Shown: positions 19,707 to 29,833, counted from the stretch's first letter. The stretch is 64,000 nucleotides of DNA from Candidatus Deferrimicrobiaceae bacterium (GCA_963792415.1 CAWBVY010000001.1:128001-192000), one strand, 5' to 3'. Notes: a model not told the origin generated them from the sequence alone. Made by a program: numbers and translations.

Positions 19707-21728
19707 ATGAAGACGATCGGACGCGAGATTCTGTGGAACCTGCCGCACACGGCGGCCATCATCATGTACGCCCTGTTCGGGGTGGTCCTGCTGGTGATCG
19801 CCTGGGGGGTGTACCGGCGGGTGGAAGCGTACCGCCTCGGGCGGACGGAGCGGGAGAACCGGTTCGACGACCTCCGGGGCCGGCTGCGGGATGCCGTGCG
19901 CCTCGCCCTCGGGCAGGAGCGGGTGCTGCACCGGAAGTTCGGCGGGCTCGTCCACCTGTGCATCTTCTCCGCCTTCATCGTCCTTTTCATCGTCACCTGC
20001 CTCGTCGCCGTGGAGTACGACCTCGGGTTCCGGATCCTCGACGGAAACTTCTACATCGTCTTCAAGCTCTTCGCGGAGACGTTCGGCGCGGTGATGCTGC
20101 TCGGCGTCGCCGGGGCCCTTGTCCGCCGGATCGTCTTCCGGCCCCCGGGGCTCACGAGGGAGAACGACGACACGCTGCAGCTTCTCCTCATCGGCGCCAT
20201 CGGCGTCACGGGGTTCCTGATCGAGACGGCCCGCATCGCGGCGACCCACCCGGCGATCGCCCCGATCTCCTTCATCAGCAACTCCCTCGCGCCGGCTCTC
20301 TTCGGGGGGATGCCCCTTCCGGAGATCCTGTCCGCGCACAAGGCGCTCTGGTGGACCCACCTTCTGATCGCCTTCGGGTTCCTCGCCTCCCTCCCCTTCA
20401 CGAAGATGATCCACATGGGGACGGGAGCGGCGAGCGCCTTCCTGCGGACCTCCCGCCCGAAGGGGGCGCTTCAGCCGATCCCGAACATCGAGGAGGAGGA
20501 GAATCCCGGCGTCGCCGCGGTCACCGATTTCTCCTGGAAGCAGCTCCTCTCCGCCGACGGGTGCACCAAGTGCGGCCGGTGCCAGGACGAATGCCCGGCG
20601 TTCGCGGCGGAGATGCCCCTCTCCCCCCGGGACGTGGTCCTGAAGACGAAGGACGAGCTGGGGCTGGATCTTTACGGGAGCCTCGTTCCGTCGGCGACGG
20701 AGGTGGACAAGGCCACCGGGAAGCGGGTCGTCCCCGATTTCGTCCGCGAGGTCCTCAACCCGGAAGAGATCTGGGCGTGCACCACCTGCCGGGCCTGCAT
20801 GCAGGCGTGTCCCGTGATGATCGAGCACATCGACATGATCGTCGACGTCCGCCGGGGGTACGTGGCGGCGTCGAAGGTCCCCGACCCCGTGAAGACGGCG
20901 CTGCGGAAGATGGGCGACACCGGGAACCCGTGGGGGCTGCCGCAGGACGACCGGATCGCCTGGGCGGATGGGCTGGACGTCCCCTTCGCCGCGGAGAAGA
21001 AGGAGTTCGAGTACCTGTACTGGGTCGGCTGCGCGGGGGCGTACGACCCGCGCAACCAGAAGGTCACCCGCGCCATCGTCTCCCTGCTCAACCGGGCCGG
21101 GGTGAGCTACGCGACTCTCGGGCTCGAGGAGATGTGCTGCGGGGAGTCCGCCCGGCGGATGGGAGAGGAAGGACTGTTCCAGCTGGGAATGGTCGAGATG
21201 GTGAGGGAGGTGTTCGCCGGGTACAAGGTGAGGAAGGTCATCACGCAGTGCCCCCACTGCTTCAACACGTTCCGGAACGAGTACCCCCAGTTCGGGGTGG
21301 ACGTCGAGGTCATCCACCACTCCGTCCTGCTCCGCGACCTGATCGCCCAGGGAAAGCTCTCTCCCCGGAAGGCGAACAACGTGGCGCTCGCGTTCCACGA
21401 CTCGTGCTATCTCGGCCGTCACAACGACATCTACGACGCCCCCCGGGAGGCCCTTGCCGCCATCCCGGGCGTCGCGATCAACGAGATGAAGAGGAATCGC
21501 GAGGAAGGGTTCTGCTGCGGCGCCGGCGGCGGCGGGATGTGGATGGAGTCTCCGGGAAAGCGGATCAACCACCTTCGCTTCGGGCAGGCGATGGACACGG
21601 GGGCGAACGCCGTCGGTTCGGCGTGCCCTTACTGCCTCATGATGTTCGACGACGCGATCAAGTACAACAATCTCGACGATTCGGTGAAGGCGAAAGACAT
21701 CGCGGAACTGGTGGCGGATTCGCTGTAA
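19707..21728 (+). CDS. Membrane-bound Fe-S oxidoreductase (FadF / ETF:quinone oxidoreductase-like, HdrD-related)
   Basis: N-terminal TM helices, CTKCGRCQDECP, CTTCRACMQACP and two CCG domains. Confidence 0.85.
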   Translation: MKTIGREILWNLPHTAAIIMYALFGVVLLVIAWGVYRRVEAYRLGRTERENRFDDLRGRLRDAVRLALGQERVLHRKFGGLVHLCIFSAFIVLFIVTCLVAVEYDLGFRILDGNFYIVFKLFAETFGAVMLLGVAGALVRRIVFRPPGLTRENDDTLQLLLIGAIGVTGFLIETARIAATHPAIAPISFISNSLAPALFGGMPLPEILSAHKALWWTHLLIAFGFLASLPFTKMIHMGTGAASAFLRTSRPKGALQPIPNIEEEENPGVAAVTDFSWKQLLSADGCTKCGRCQDECPAFAAEMPLSPRDVVLKTKDELGLDLYGSLVPSATEVDKATGKRVVPDFVREVLNPEEIWACTTCRACMQACPVMIEHIDMIVDVRRGYVAASKVPDPVKTALRKMGDTGNPWGLPQDDRIAWADGLDVPFAAEKKEFEYLYWVGCAGAYDPRNQKVTRAIVSLLNRAGVSYATLGLEEMCCGESARRMGEEGLFQLGMVEMVREVFAGYKVRKVITQCPHCFNTFRNEYPQFGVDVEVIHHSVLLRDLIAQGKLSPRKANNVALAFHDSCYLGRHNDIYDAPREALAAIPGVAINEMKRNREEGFCCGAGGGGMWMESPGKRINHLRFGQAMDTGANAVGSACPYCLMMFDDAIKYNNLDDSVKAKDIAELVADSL

Positions 21729-21761
21729 CGGGGCCTTGAACGGCCCGGATCGCGCAATTAC

Positions 21762-21800
21762 AACGGAAGTTGCCGTGCGGCAACTTCCGTTTTTTCTTTT
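21762..21800 (+). terminator. Intrinsic terminator
   Basis: AACGGAAGTTGCC-GTGC-GGCAACTTCCGTT stem-loop followed by a T tract. Confidence 0.85.
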
Positions 21801-21823
21801 CCAACTCTTCCTGTTGTCATACA

Positions 21824-23503
21824 ATGAACCTTGCCGGGGCAGGGCATGAAGGAGATCGCAGGAAAGGGAGGACGGCGGCCATCGACCCCCAAACCGGTAC
21901 CATCCTCTCGACTCTGCTGAAGAAACGCTTGAAAACCTTGGGGTATCCCTCTCTCCGGAAGTTCCACGCCGATCGTCCGGGCCTTGGGCTGAGCTACGAG
22001 GTGCTGCGACAGGTCGTCTACGGCGGCCATATCCCGCGGCCGGAAACCTTGTTCCGGATCCTCGGATCGATGCAATTCTCTTCCAGCCAGGTCCGCAAGA
22101 TCTGCGGAATGCACTACGGGGATTACCTCCCGATCTCCTCCGCGGTCCAGGACGCTCCCCTGACGTCCCCCGCGCAGGCGGGCGCCGGGACCCGGGAATC
22201 TCCGGCGGATCCGGGCGCGCCGTACCCCGTCGGGCGGTCCCGGCAGGAGAACGAGCCGTCTTCGACGCCGCCGGAGGAACCGGGAGAGATCCTCTCCCGC
22301 CTCCGCGCCTCCCTTCAGAGGATCCCGGTTCCCGGCAACGAGGATTTCTGGGAGATGGTCGAGGCGATGGCGCGAATCGCGGAGCAGAAGGTCCGCCGCG
22401 GCGCCGGTCGCCAGGCGGAGCAGCCGCTCCTGTTCGCCGGGGAGCCCGAGGCGATCTACCAGTTTCTCGTCCGGAAGAACCGGATCTCCCCGTTTCTCTC
22501 CCGCGGCGAAAACCTCGCGTTCGATTTCGTCGACGGGATCGACTACCGGGACCGCTTCCGTGGCGCCCTGCTGGGCTCCGCGGTCGGCGAGGCGCTCGGC
22601 AGCCTCACGCAGGGTCTGACCCCCAGGGACGTCGAGGAACTGTTCGGGGAGCTCGACGCCCTCCCGGTCATCGCCTCCGCCCGCCGGGCCGCGGCGCCGC
22701 GCGACTCTCTCCTGTTGTCGGTCGGCAGGTCCCTCCTGCCGGACGGGGTCCTCGACCCCGAGAGGACGGCCGACGCGATCGCCCGCGCGGGCCATCGGGA
22801 CGACCCCCCCGGCCTCTCGGGGTTCGCGCGCAACCTCCTCGAGCGCGGGCTCCCATGGCACGAGGCGGGGGAAAACGCCCCGGAGAGCATGCCCGCCGTA
22901 CTGGTCCTCCCCATCGCGCTGCTTCGCGCCGGGAACTTCCGGAGGCTCAAGCTGGAGGCGGGCATCCTCGCCTCCATGACGCACGTCCACCCGACGGCCG
23001 TCGCGGGGGCGATCGCGCAGGCATGCGCGGTCGCGAGAATCCTTCACACTCCCGCGTCCGCCCTCGACGTGATCTCCTTCTCCCGGGCGCTCTCTCCCGT
23101 CGTCGTCGGGATCGAGCCCGAGCGGGGGGCCCGGCCGCGGATCGGGAGATCGGCCACGACGGTGGGGAGGAAACTGGGGGCGGAGCTCCCCGCTCTCCTC
23201 CTGCGGCGCGCTTCCGTCCAGGAGATGCAGGAGGCGCTCGGGAACGGGACGGCGGCGCACGAGGGGATCCCCTTCTCCCTCGGATGCTTCCTTCGTTCGC
23301 CGGGGGATTTCGCCGAGGCGGTCATGCCCGCCGTCCGCCACGGAGGGGATGCGGGCGCCGTCGCCGCGATGGCGGGCGCGCTGAGCGGCGCGTACGTCGG
23401 GGAGTCGGGGATTCCGGAGCGGTTCCTCGGTTCCCTGCCGGGACGACGGGAACTCGGGGAAGCGGCGGAGAGGTTGCTCGCTTTGGCTGTCGGCGGCGTC
23501 TAG
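21824..23503 (+). CDS. N-terminal HTH-like domain fused to a degenerate ADP-ribosylglycohydrolase (ARH/DraG fold); start uncertain
   Basis: DRFRGALLGSAVGEALG, THVHP and GGDAGAVAAMAGALSGA follow the ARH pattern; N-terminal XRE-like helical pattern. Confidence 0.75.
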   Translation: MNLAGAGHEGDRRKGRTAAIDPQTGTILSTLLKKRLKTLGYPSLRKFHADRPGLGLSYEVLRQVVYGGHIPRPETLFRILGSMQFSSSQVRKICGMHYGDYLPISSAVQDAPLTSPAQAGAGTRESPADPGAPYPVGRSRQENEPSSTPPEEPGEILSRLRASLQRIPVPGNEDFWEMVEAMARIAEQKVRRGAGRQAEQPLLFAGEPEAIYQFLVRKNRISPFLSRGENLAFDFVDGIDYRDRFRGALLGSAVGEALGSLTQGLTPRDVEELFGELDALPVIASARRAAAPRDSLLLSVGRSLLPDGVLDPERTADAIARAGHRDDPPGLSGFARNLLERGLPWHEAGENAPESMPAVLVLPIALLRAGNFRRLKLEAGILASMTHVHPTAVAGAIAQACAVARILHTPASALDVISFSRALSPVVVGIEPERGARPRIGRSATTVGRKLGAELPALLLRRASVQEMQEALGNGTAAHEGIPFSLGCFLRSPGDFAEAVMPAVRHGGDAGAVAAMAGALSGAYVGESGIPERFLGSLPGRRELGEAAERLLALAVGGV

Positions 23504-24642
23504 CGCAGCAAGGTTTCCTTCGCGATGACCATCCGCTGGATCTGGCTGGTCCCCTCGTAGATCTGCAGGAGCTTCGCGTCCCGCATCAGTTTTTCCACGG
23601 GGTAATCCTTCATGTAGCCGTACCCGCCGAAGATCTGGACCGCGTCGGTGGTGGCGCGCATCGCCAGGTCGGCCGCGAACGCTTTTGCGAAGGACGCCTC
23701 CTTCGTGTTCCGCCTCCCCTGGTCCGCGAGCCAGGCCGCCTTCCACGTCAGCAGCCGGGCCGCCTCGATGTCGGTCGCCATGTCCGCGAGCAGGAAATAG
23801 ATCGCCTGGTTCATCGCGATCGGCTGCCCGAACTGGACCCGCTGGCGCCCGTACTCCGCCGCGTGCTCGTACGCCGCCCGGGCGACGCCCACCGCCATCG
23901 CGGCCACCGCCGCGCGCGCGTAGTCGATCGTCCGCATCGCGATCTTGAACCCCTCCCCCTCGGCCCCGAGCCGGTTGGCTTCGGGAACCCGGACCTCCTC
24001 GAAGAGGACATCGGAAGTGTCCGAGGCGCGCTGCCCCATCTTGTCTTCCTTCTTCCCGGAAGAGACGCCGGGCGTCTCCCGCGGAACGACGAAGGCCGAC
24101 AGGCCCCTGTGCCCGCGGGATCGGTCGGTCGACGCGAACACGGTGTACTGGGACGCGTGTACGCCGTTCGTGATGAAGCATTTCCGGCCGTTCAGCACGT
24201 ACCCGTCGCCGTCCCGGCGAGCCGTCGTGGCGATCCCGCCGGCGTCCGAGCCCGCCCCCGGCTCGGTCAGGCAGAAGGAGGCGAACCGGAACTCCGTCGC
24301 GAACGGCCGGACGAACCCCCGTTTCTGCTCCTCGGTGCCCGCGAGGAGGATCGGCCCGAGCGCGAGCGCGTTGGCGTTCATCGAAGCGGCGATGCCCGAG
24401 CATCCCCAGGAGATCTCCTCCTCGAGAATGCAGGTGTCGAGCATCGTCAGCCCCTGCCCCCCGTGGATTTCGGGGATGAACCCGGTCATCAGCCCGAGGT
24501 CGAACGCCTTCCGGAACAGTTCCAGGGGAAAGACGCCGTCCCGGTCCCACTCCGCCGCCCGCGGCCGGATCTCGTTCGCCGCGAACTTGTGGACCATGTC
24601 CCGGAGCGCCTCCTGCTCCGGCGTCGGATCGAAATTCACCAT
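23500..24642 (-). CDS. Acyl-CoA dehydrogenase
   Basis: FCLTEPGAGSD, KCFITNG, QIFGGYGY, IYEGTSQIQ. Confidence 0.95.
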   Translation of the reverse strand: MVNFDPTPEQEALRDMVHKFAANEIRPRAAEWDRDGVFPLELFRKAFDLGLMTGFIPEIHGGQGLTMLDTCILEEEISWGCSGIAASMNANALALGPILLAGTEEQKRGFVRPFATEFRFASFCLTEPGAGSDAGGIATTARRDGDGYVLNGRKCFITNGVHASQYTVFASTDRSRGHRGLSAFVVPRETPGVSSGKKEDKMGQRASDTSDVLFEEVRVPEANRLGAEGEGFKIAMRTIDYARAAVAAMAVGVARAAYEHAAEYGRQRVQFGQPIAMNQAIYFLLADMATDIEAARLLTWKAAWLADQGRRNTKEASFAKAFAADLAMRATTDAVQIFGGYGYMKDYPVEKLMRDAKLLQIYEGTSQIQRMVIAKETLLR

Positions 24643-24646
24643 GCCG

Positions 24647-25270
24647 TCAGCCCTTCGCGACGGACGCCCCGGGCACGCACAGCCCCTCCAGCAGGAGCCG
24701 GCACAGCTCGGCGGCGGTCACGGTCGGATGATACTTCGGTTTCCTCGAGAGGATATAGGTGAGGGACAACTCGTCGAGCGCACCGAAGATGGCGCGCCGC
24801 GCGATGCTGATGTTCAGGTCGGGGCGGAGGACCCCCTCTCTCCTGCCCTCCTCGAGGATGTCGCTGATGATCTCGAGGTACTCGAAGAACTTTACCGGGG
24901 TGTAATCCTTCAGGAACTTGGTGCTCTGCCGCAGCTCCACCTGGAGGACCTCGACGAGCCCCGCCTCGCGCTCCAGGAGATCCATGTGGTTCTCGATGAA
25001 GATCCTGAGTTTTTCCAAGGCGTTCCCGCCATCGGCGACCCGCCGGCGAACGTCCGCCACCACCTCCCCCATCTTCTCTTCGAAAAGGGAGATCAACAGG
25101 TCGTCCTTGTTCCTGAAGTAGAGGTAGATGGTCCCGTCCGCGACTTCGGCGGCCCGGGCGATCTCGGACACCTTCGAGTTGAAGAACCCTTTCCGGGAGA
25201 AGATCTTAACGGCGGCGCGAAGGATCCGGTCCCGTTTCCCCCCGACGCTGTTCGGTCCCCTCCTCGCCAT
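24647..25270 (-). CDS. fadR: TetR-family regulator, Bacillus FadR(YsiA)-like
   Basis: IARAAEVADGTIYLYFRNKDDLLISLF; adjacent acyl-CoA dehydrogenase; FadR-type box upstream. Confidence 0.8.
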   Translation of the reverse strand: MARRGPNSVGGKRDRILRAAVKIFSRKGFFNSKVSEIARAAEVADGTIYLYFRNKDDLLISLFEEKMGEVVADVRRRVADGGNALEKLRIFIENHMDLLEREAGLVEVLQVELRQSTKFLKDYTPVKFFEYLEIISDILEEGRREGVLRPDLNISIARRAIFGALDELSLTYILSRKPKYHPTVTAAELCRLLLEGLCVPGASVAKG

Positions 25271-25284
25271 CCCGCCCTCCCCTT

Positions 25285-25304
25285 GTGAATGAATACCCAT
25301 TCAC
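25285..25304. promoter_or_regulatory. FadR-type operator palindrome
   Basis: GTGAATG-AATACC-CATTCAC resembles the B. subtilis FadR box TGAATGAnTAnTCATTCA; lies just downstream of a TTGACA(25338-25333)-17nt-TACCTT promoter. Confidence 0.8.
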
Positions 25305-25366
25305 TCAGAAAGGTACCTTCCCTGCACGGGCATGTCAAGGTGGGGGAATTCGGCGAAAGCCCCCGG

Positions 25367-26146
25367 CTACTCCCGGAAACCGAGGCGCGCCGAGAGGGCC
25401 TTCCCCGCCCGATCGAGCTCGGGTCCGATCTCGGCGGCGATCCTCTCGTCGGTAAGCCGGTGCGCCGGGCCGGACACGCTGATCGCGCCGACCACCTTGC
25501 GGGTGTAGTCGCGCACCGGGGCGCCGATGCAGCGCAGTCCCTCCTCGAATTCCTCGAGATCGATGGCGTAGCCACGCTCCCGGACGAGCGCGACCTCCTT
25601 GATGAAGGCATCGACATCGGTCCGGGTGGCCTTCGTGAAGCGGGGAAGCTCGCCGGAAAACAGCTTTCGCAGTTCGTCGTCGGAGTCGAAGGCCACCAGG
25701 GCCTTTCCCGCGGCGGTGGCGTGGATCGGCATGTGCAGGCCGACGCGGGAGATGACGCGGACCGTGGAGGAGGTTTCCACCGCGTCGAGGTAGACCACCT
25801 CGTTCGTCCGAAGGATGGAAATGTAGCTCGTTTCCCCCGTGGCCTCGGCAAGCTCCTGCAGAATCGGCCTTGCCTGTTTCAGCAGGCCGCGCTGGTGGAT
25901 GAAGGTCTGGCCCAGCTCGAGGCACTTGATCCCGAGGCGGTAGTTGTCGTTGGCGCGGTTCTGCTCGATGTAGTTGCGGGACTGGAGCGTCGCCAGTATG
26001 CGGAATACGTTGTTTTTATGGAGTTTCAGCTTCTTGCTGAGCTCCGTCACCCCCAGTTCCTCCGTTTCGTCCCGGAACTCCTCCAGGACATCGAGGGCGT
26101 GGGCGACCGATTGAATGATGTAGTTCGACTTGTCTCGACGGACCAT
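25367..26146 (-). CDS. IclR-family transcriptional regulator
   Basis: LGVTELSKKLKLHKNNVFRIL HTH; HATAAGKAL; GLRCIGAPV. Confidence 0.93.
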   Translation of the reverse strand: MVRRDKSNYIIQSVAHALDVLEEFRDETEELGVTELSKKLKLHKNNVFRILATLQSRNYIEQNRANDNYRLGIKCLELGQTFIHQRGLLKQARPILQELAEATGETSYISILRTNEVVYLDAVETSSTVRVISRVGLHMPIHATAAGKALVAFDSDDELRKLFSGELPRFTKATRTDVDAFIKEVALVRERGYAIDLEEFEEGLRCIGAPVRDYTRKVVGAISVSGPAHRLTDERIAAEIGPELDRAGKALSARLGFRE

Positions 26147-26258
26147 GCGAAGCCCCCTTCCAGGGGTGGAATCATTTCATAACAAAACAGTGTTAGGTAT
26201 ATTGGATCGGGGGCCGCATGTCAACAGAAAGATAGAACCGGATTATATTCTTCGAATG

Positions 26259-26306
26259 TACTTGTTCCCCTGCCTACTTGTACACCTGCCTACTTGTACA
26301 CCTGCT
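26259..26306. repeat. Short tandem repeat (16-nt unit x3 with 8-nt sub-period)
   Basis: tacttgtt-cccctgcc-tacttgta-cacctgcc-tacttgta-cacctgct. Confidence 0.8.
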
Positions 26307-26862
26307 TGCCGGATCCCTGCACCGAGCGCATCCGGGCGATTTCGCCCTTCAGGTTCTCCCGGTCCGGGTAGTCCGGGATATTTTCGAGCAGCGCTTCCCA
26401 TGCCTTGATCCCGCCCTCGACATCGTTCATGTCATGGATAAGAATGATGCCGAGGTTGCGGCGGGACGGCGCGTGCCGAGGATTCGTGGAGATCGCCTTC
26501 TTGAGTTCCTCGACCGCCTGGCCGGGATTCCCGCTGCGCCGGTAGCAGATCGCCATGTCGGTTCGCACGTTCGCGTTCGTGGGGTCGATCGCGAGCGCCT
26601 TCCGGTAGTTCTCGATCGCAAGGAGATCCCGATTCGTGTCGAAGTAGAGGTTCCCGATCCCGATCAGCGCCTGCAGGTTGTTCGGGTCCTTCCGCAGGAT
26701 CTCCTTGTAATTCTCGATATCCGCCGCGGCGTTCAGCCGGATCGACTCCCCCGCCCCCGCCGGGGGGGGAGGCTGCTTCTTCTTGCACCCGGAAAACGAA
26801 AGGAGGACCGCCGGAAGGGACAACAGGAGCGCAAGCCGGAGGATATAGCCGCTTCTCTTCAT
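26290..26862 (-). CDS. TPR-repeat lipoprotein
   Basis: Lipobox FSGC after a hydrophobic stretch; TPR motifs such as AIENYRKALAIDP. Confidence 0.85.
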   Translation of the reverse strand: MKRSGYILRLALLLSLPAVLLSFSGCKKKQPPPPAGAGESIRLNAAADIENYKEILRKDPNNLQALIGIGNLYFDTNRDLLAIENYRKALAIDPTNANVRTDMAICYRRSGNPGQAVEELKKAISTNPRHAPSRRNLGIILIHDMNDVEGGIKAWEALLENIPDYPDRENLKGEIARMRSVQGSGKQVYK

Positions 26863-27362
26863 AACACGATCACCTCGAGAGGATCTTCGCACGATTTCAG
26901 CAACTGCGTCACGGTGCAGCCGTACGTGGGAACAACCGCGTCGGGGGCCACTTCGGCGGCGGGCAGAAGGCAGAACCGGCGCTGCGCCATCGACGCGTGC
27001 GGAATCACGAGCCCCGGCACGTCGATCACGGCATCCCCAAGAAGAAGGATGTCGACGTCGAGCGTCCGGGGACCCCACCGGGCGCCGCCACGGCGGCCCG
27101 CCTCCAGCTCGAGCCGCTTCGCGAGCGCGAGCAGCTCCCACGGGGAATGCCCCGTCGCCGCGCGAACCGCCAGGTTGAGGAACCACGGCTGGTGCGACCG
27201 CCCGAACGGCTCGCTCGCGTACATCCGGGAGACGGCGAGCAGCTCCGTTTCGCGGGAGAGCCGGTCGACGGCGTCGCGGATCCTCCGGACGCGCCTCCCC
27301 TGGTTGCTTCCGAGGAGGAGAACCGCCTCGCGGGAATGCCCCCCCCCGGCAGGCAGGTCCAC
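26859..27362 (-). CDS. folK: 2-amino-4-hydroxy-6-hydroxymethyldihydropteridine diphosphokinase (start approximate)
   Basis: LGSNQG, FLN, RWGPRTLDVDIL, IPH...RRFCLLP. Confidence 0.92.
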   Translation of the reverse strand: MDLPAGGGHSREAVLLLGSNQGRRVRRIRDAVDRLSRETELLAVSRMYASEPFGRSHQPWFLNLAVRAATGHSPWELLALAKRLELEAGRRGGARWGPRTLDVDILLLGDAVIDVPGLVIPHASMAQRRFCLLPAAEVAPDAVVPTYGCTVTQLLKSCEDPLEVIVL

Positions 27363-27363
27363 C

Positions 27364-28128
27364 CTAAGGCGCGACGACACGGTTGGTGAGGGCGCCGATC
27401 CCGCCCACCTCTACGGTCACGACGTCCCCCACGCGGAGCGAACCTACGCCGGGAGGCGTTCCGGTCGCGATCACGTCCCCCGGGAACAGCGTCATATTGG
27501 AGGAGATGTACTCCACGATCCGGTGGACGGATGCGATCATCTCCCGCGTGTTCCCGTCCTGGCGGACTTCGCCGTTCACGAGACAGCGGACCGATGCCTC
27601 GGCCGGTTCGAAATCGGTGACGATCCACGGACCGAGCGGTGCGAACGTGTCGAACCCCTTGGAGCGGGCGAACTGCACGTCCTTCCTCTGGAGGTCGCGC
27701 GCGGTCACGTCGTTGATGCAGGTGTACCCGAGGATGTGCGCGGCGGCGTCCTTCTCCTTCACGTTCTTCGCCACCCGGCCGATCACCACCGCAAGCTCCG
27801 CCTCGTAATCCACGCGCTGCGACTGCGGCGGGTAGACGATCTCGCCCCCCGGACCGGTCAGCGCGGAGGGAGCCTTGAGAAACAGGAGCGGCTCCTCGGG
27901 GATCTCCATCCCCAACTCGCGCGCATGGTCCTTGTAATTGAGGCCGACCGCGACGATCTTCCCCGGGAGCACCGGGGCGAGGAGGCGGACCTCTTCGAGC
28001 CGGCGCGCGTCCCCGGTCGTCTCGAGGCGGTCGAACGGCCCCCCCGCGATCTCGCGGATCCTGCCGCTCTCCGGGTCGGCCAGGCCGTACCGCGCCCGGC
28101 CCCCGTATTCGTACCGCGCGATCCTCAT
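27364..28128 (-). CDS. Fumarylacetoacetate hydrolase family protein
   Basis: [36 protein letters not shown]. Confidence 0.92.
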   Translation of the reverse strand: MRIARYEYGGRARYGLADPESGRIREIAGGPFDRLETTGDARRLEEVRLLAPVLPGKIVAVGLNYKDHARELGMEIPEEPLLFLKAPSALTGPGGEIVYPPQSQRVDYEAELAVVIGRVAKNVKEKDAAAHILGYTCINDVTARDLQRKDVQFARSKGFDTFAPLGPWIVTDFEPAEASVRCLVNGEVRQDGNTREMIASVHRIVEYISSNMTLFPGDVIATGTPPGVGSLRVGDVVTVEVGGIGALTNRVVAP

Positions 28129-28934
28129 TTCCCGACCCCCAGCACGTCCGCCATGTCGTAAAGCCCCGGCGGCTTTCCGAGGACCCACGCGGCCGCGCGG
28201 ACGGCGCCGCGGGCGAACGTGTCGCGGCTGTGGGCCCTGTGCGTGATCTCGAACCGCTCGCCGATTCCGCCGAAGACCAGCGTGTGGTCCCCCACCACGT
28301 CCCCGGCGCGGACGGCGAAGACGCCGATCTCCTTGCGGGCCCGCTCCCCGACCATCCCCCGCCGCCCGTACACGCCCGCGTCCTCCATCGTCCGGCCGAG
28401 AGCGGTCGCCACCGCCTCGGCGAGACGAACCGCCGTCCCCGAGGGGGCGTCCTTCTTGAACCGGTGGTGCGTCTCGACGATCTCCACGTCGTACTCCTCC
28501 CCCAGCACCCGCGCCACGTCGGCCGCGACCTTGAACATGAGGTTCACGCCGACGCTCATGTTGGGGGATTGGACGATCGCCACCTTCGCCGCCGCGCTCC
28601 GGATCCGCTCCATGTGGGACGGACCGAGCCCCGTGCTCCCGATGACGATCGGCTTCCCGGCGGCGGCGGCGGCCCCCGCGTTGCCCGCCGAGGAGTCGGG
28701 ACCGGTGAAGTCGATCGCCACATCCGCGGCGGCGACCGCCTTCGCGAAATCATCGGTGACGGGAACCCCCGCCCTTCCGGCGCCGGCCGCCTCGAAGGCG
28801 TCCCGCGAGAGAAGGGGGTGTCCCGCCGCCTCGATGGCACCGGAGAGGGAGAGCCCGTGGGGACCCTCCTTCAGGATGCCGAGTATCGCCCTCCCCATCC
28901 GCCCCATTGCGCCGCAGACGACAACGCCGGACAA
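28125..28934 (-). CDS. dapB: 4-hydroxy-tetrahydrodipicolinate reductase
   Basis: GAMGRMG and [15 protein letters not shown]. Confidence 0.95.
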   Translation of the reverse strand: MSGVVVCGAMGRMGRAILGILKEGPHGLSLSGAIEAAGHPLLSRDAFEAAGAGRAGVPVTDDFAKAVAAADVAIDFTGPDSSAGNAGAAAAAGKPIVIGSTGLGPSHMERIRSAAAKVAIVQSPNMSVGVNLMFKVAADVARVLGEEYDVEIVETHHRFKKDAPSGTAVRLAEAVATALGRTMEDAGVYGRRGMVGERARKEIGVFAVRAGDVVGDHTLVFGGIGERFEITHRAHSRDTFARGAVRAAAWVLGKPPGLYDMADVLGVGK

Positions 28935-28943
28935 GGCCGCCCC

Positions 28944-29816
28944 CTACGCGATCTTCATGTCGGAGAGGACCTTCGCGAGGGCCTTCCGGCTGGCGTCGGA
29001 CATCCCGCACAGCGGGAGCCGGAACTCTTCGCGGATCTTCCCCATCATGGCAAGCGCCGTCTTGGCGGGGATCGGGTTCGTCTCGATGAAGAGCGCGTTC
29101 ATCAGGGGCCACAGGCGGAAGTGGATCTCCCTCGCCCGCGCCACCTCCCCCAGGGCGAAGGCGTCGTAGAGGTCGGCCATCTCCCTCGGGGCGACGTTGG
29201 AAACGACGGAGATGACCCCCTTCGCGCCGAGGGCGAGCATCGGGAAGTAGAGCCCGTCGTCTCCGGACAGCACGCAGAAGGTCCTGGGGGTCATCTTCAG
29301 GATGTCACAGACCTGGGCGAGGTTCCCTGAGGCCTCCTTCACCCCGACGATGTTTTTCACCTCGGAGAGGCGCGCGACGGTCTCCGCGGTCATGTTCACC
29401 CCGGTGCGGGACGGGACGTTGTACAGGATGAGCGGGATGTCCGCGGAGGCGGCCACCTCCCGGAAGTGCGCGAGCAACCCCGCCTGGGTCGGCTTGTTGT
29501 AGTACGGGGTGATGACGAGCGCGGCGTTGGCACCCGCCTTCTTCGCGTAGCGGGTCAGCAGGACGGCTTCCTTCGTATTGTTCGATCCGGTTCCCGCGAT
29601 GACCGGCACCCGGCCGGCCGCTGCTTCGAGCACCAGGTCGATCACCCGCTCGTGCTCCTCGTACGCCAGCGTCGCGGACTCCCCGGTCGTGCCGCACGGA
29701 ACGATCCCGTCGGTCCCGTTCCGTATCTGGAACTCCACGAGTTTTTTCAGCGCATTCGCGTCCAGTTTGCCGTTCCGGAACGGCGTGACGGTTGCGACGA
29801 TGGCTCCGTGGAACAT
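28944..29816 (-). CDS. dapA: 4-hydroxy-tetrahydrodipicolinate synthase
   Basis: GTTGES, YNVPSRT, GVKEASG, ETNPIP. Confidence 0.95.
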   Translation of the reverse strand: MFHGAIVATVTPFRNGKLDANALKKLVEFQIRNGTDGIVPCGTTGESATLAYEEHERVIDLVLEAAAGRVPVIAGTGSNNTKEAVLLTRYAKKAGANAALVITPYYNKPTQAGLLAHFREVAASADIPLILYNVPSRTGVNMTAETVARLSEVKNIVGVKEASGNLAQVCDILKMTPRTFCVLSGDDGLYFPMLALGAKGVISVVSNVAPREMADLYDAFALGEVARAREIHFRLWPLMNALFIETNPIPAKTALAMMGKIREEFRLPLCGMSDASRKALAKVLSDMKIA

Positions 29817-29833
29817 TCGGTCGTCCCCCCTTT

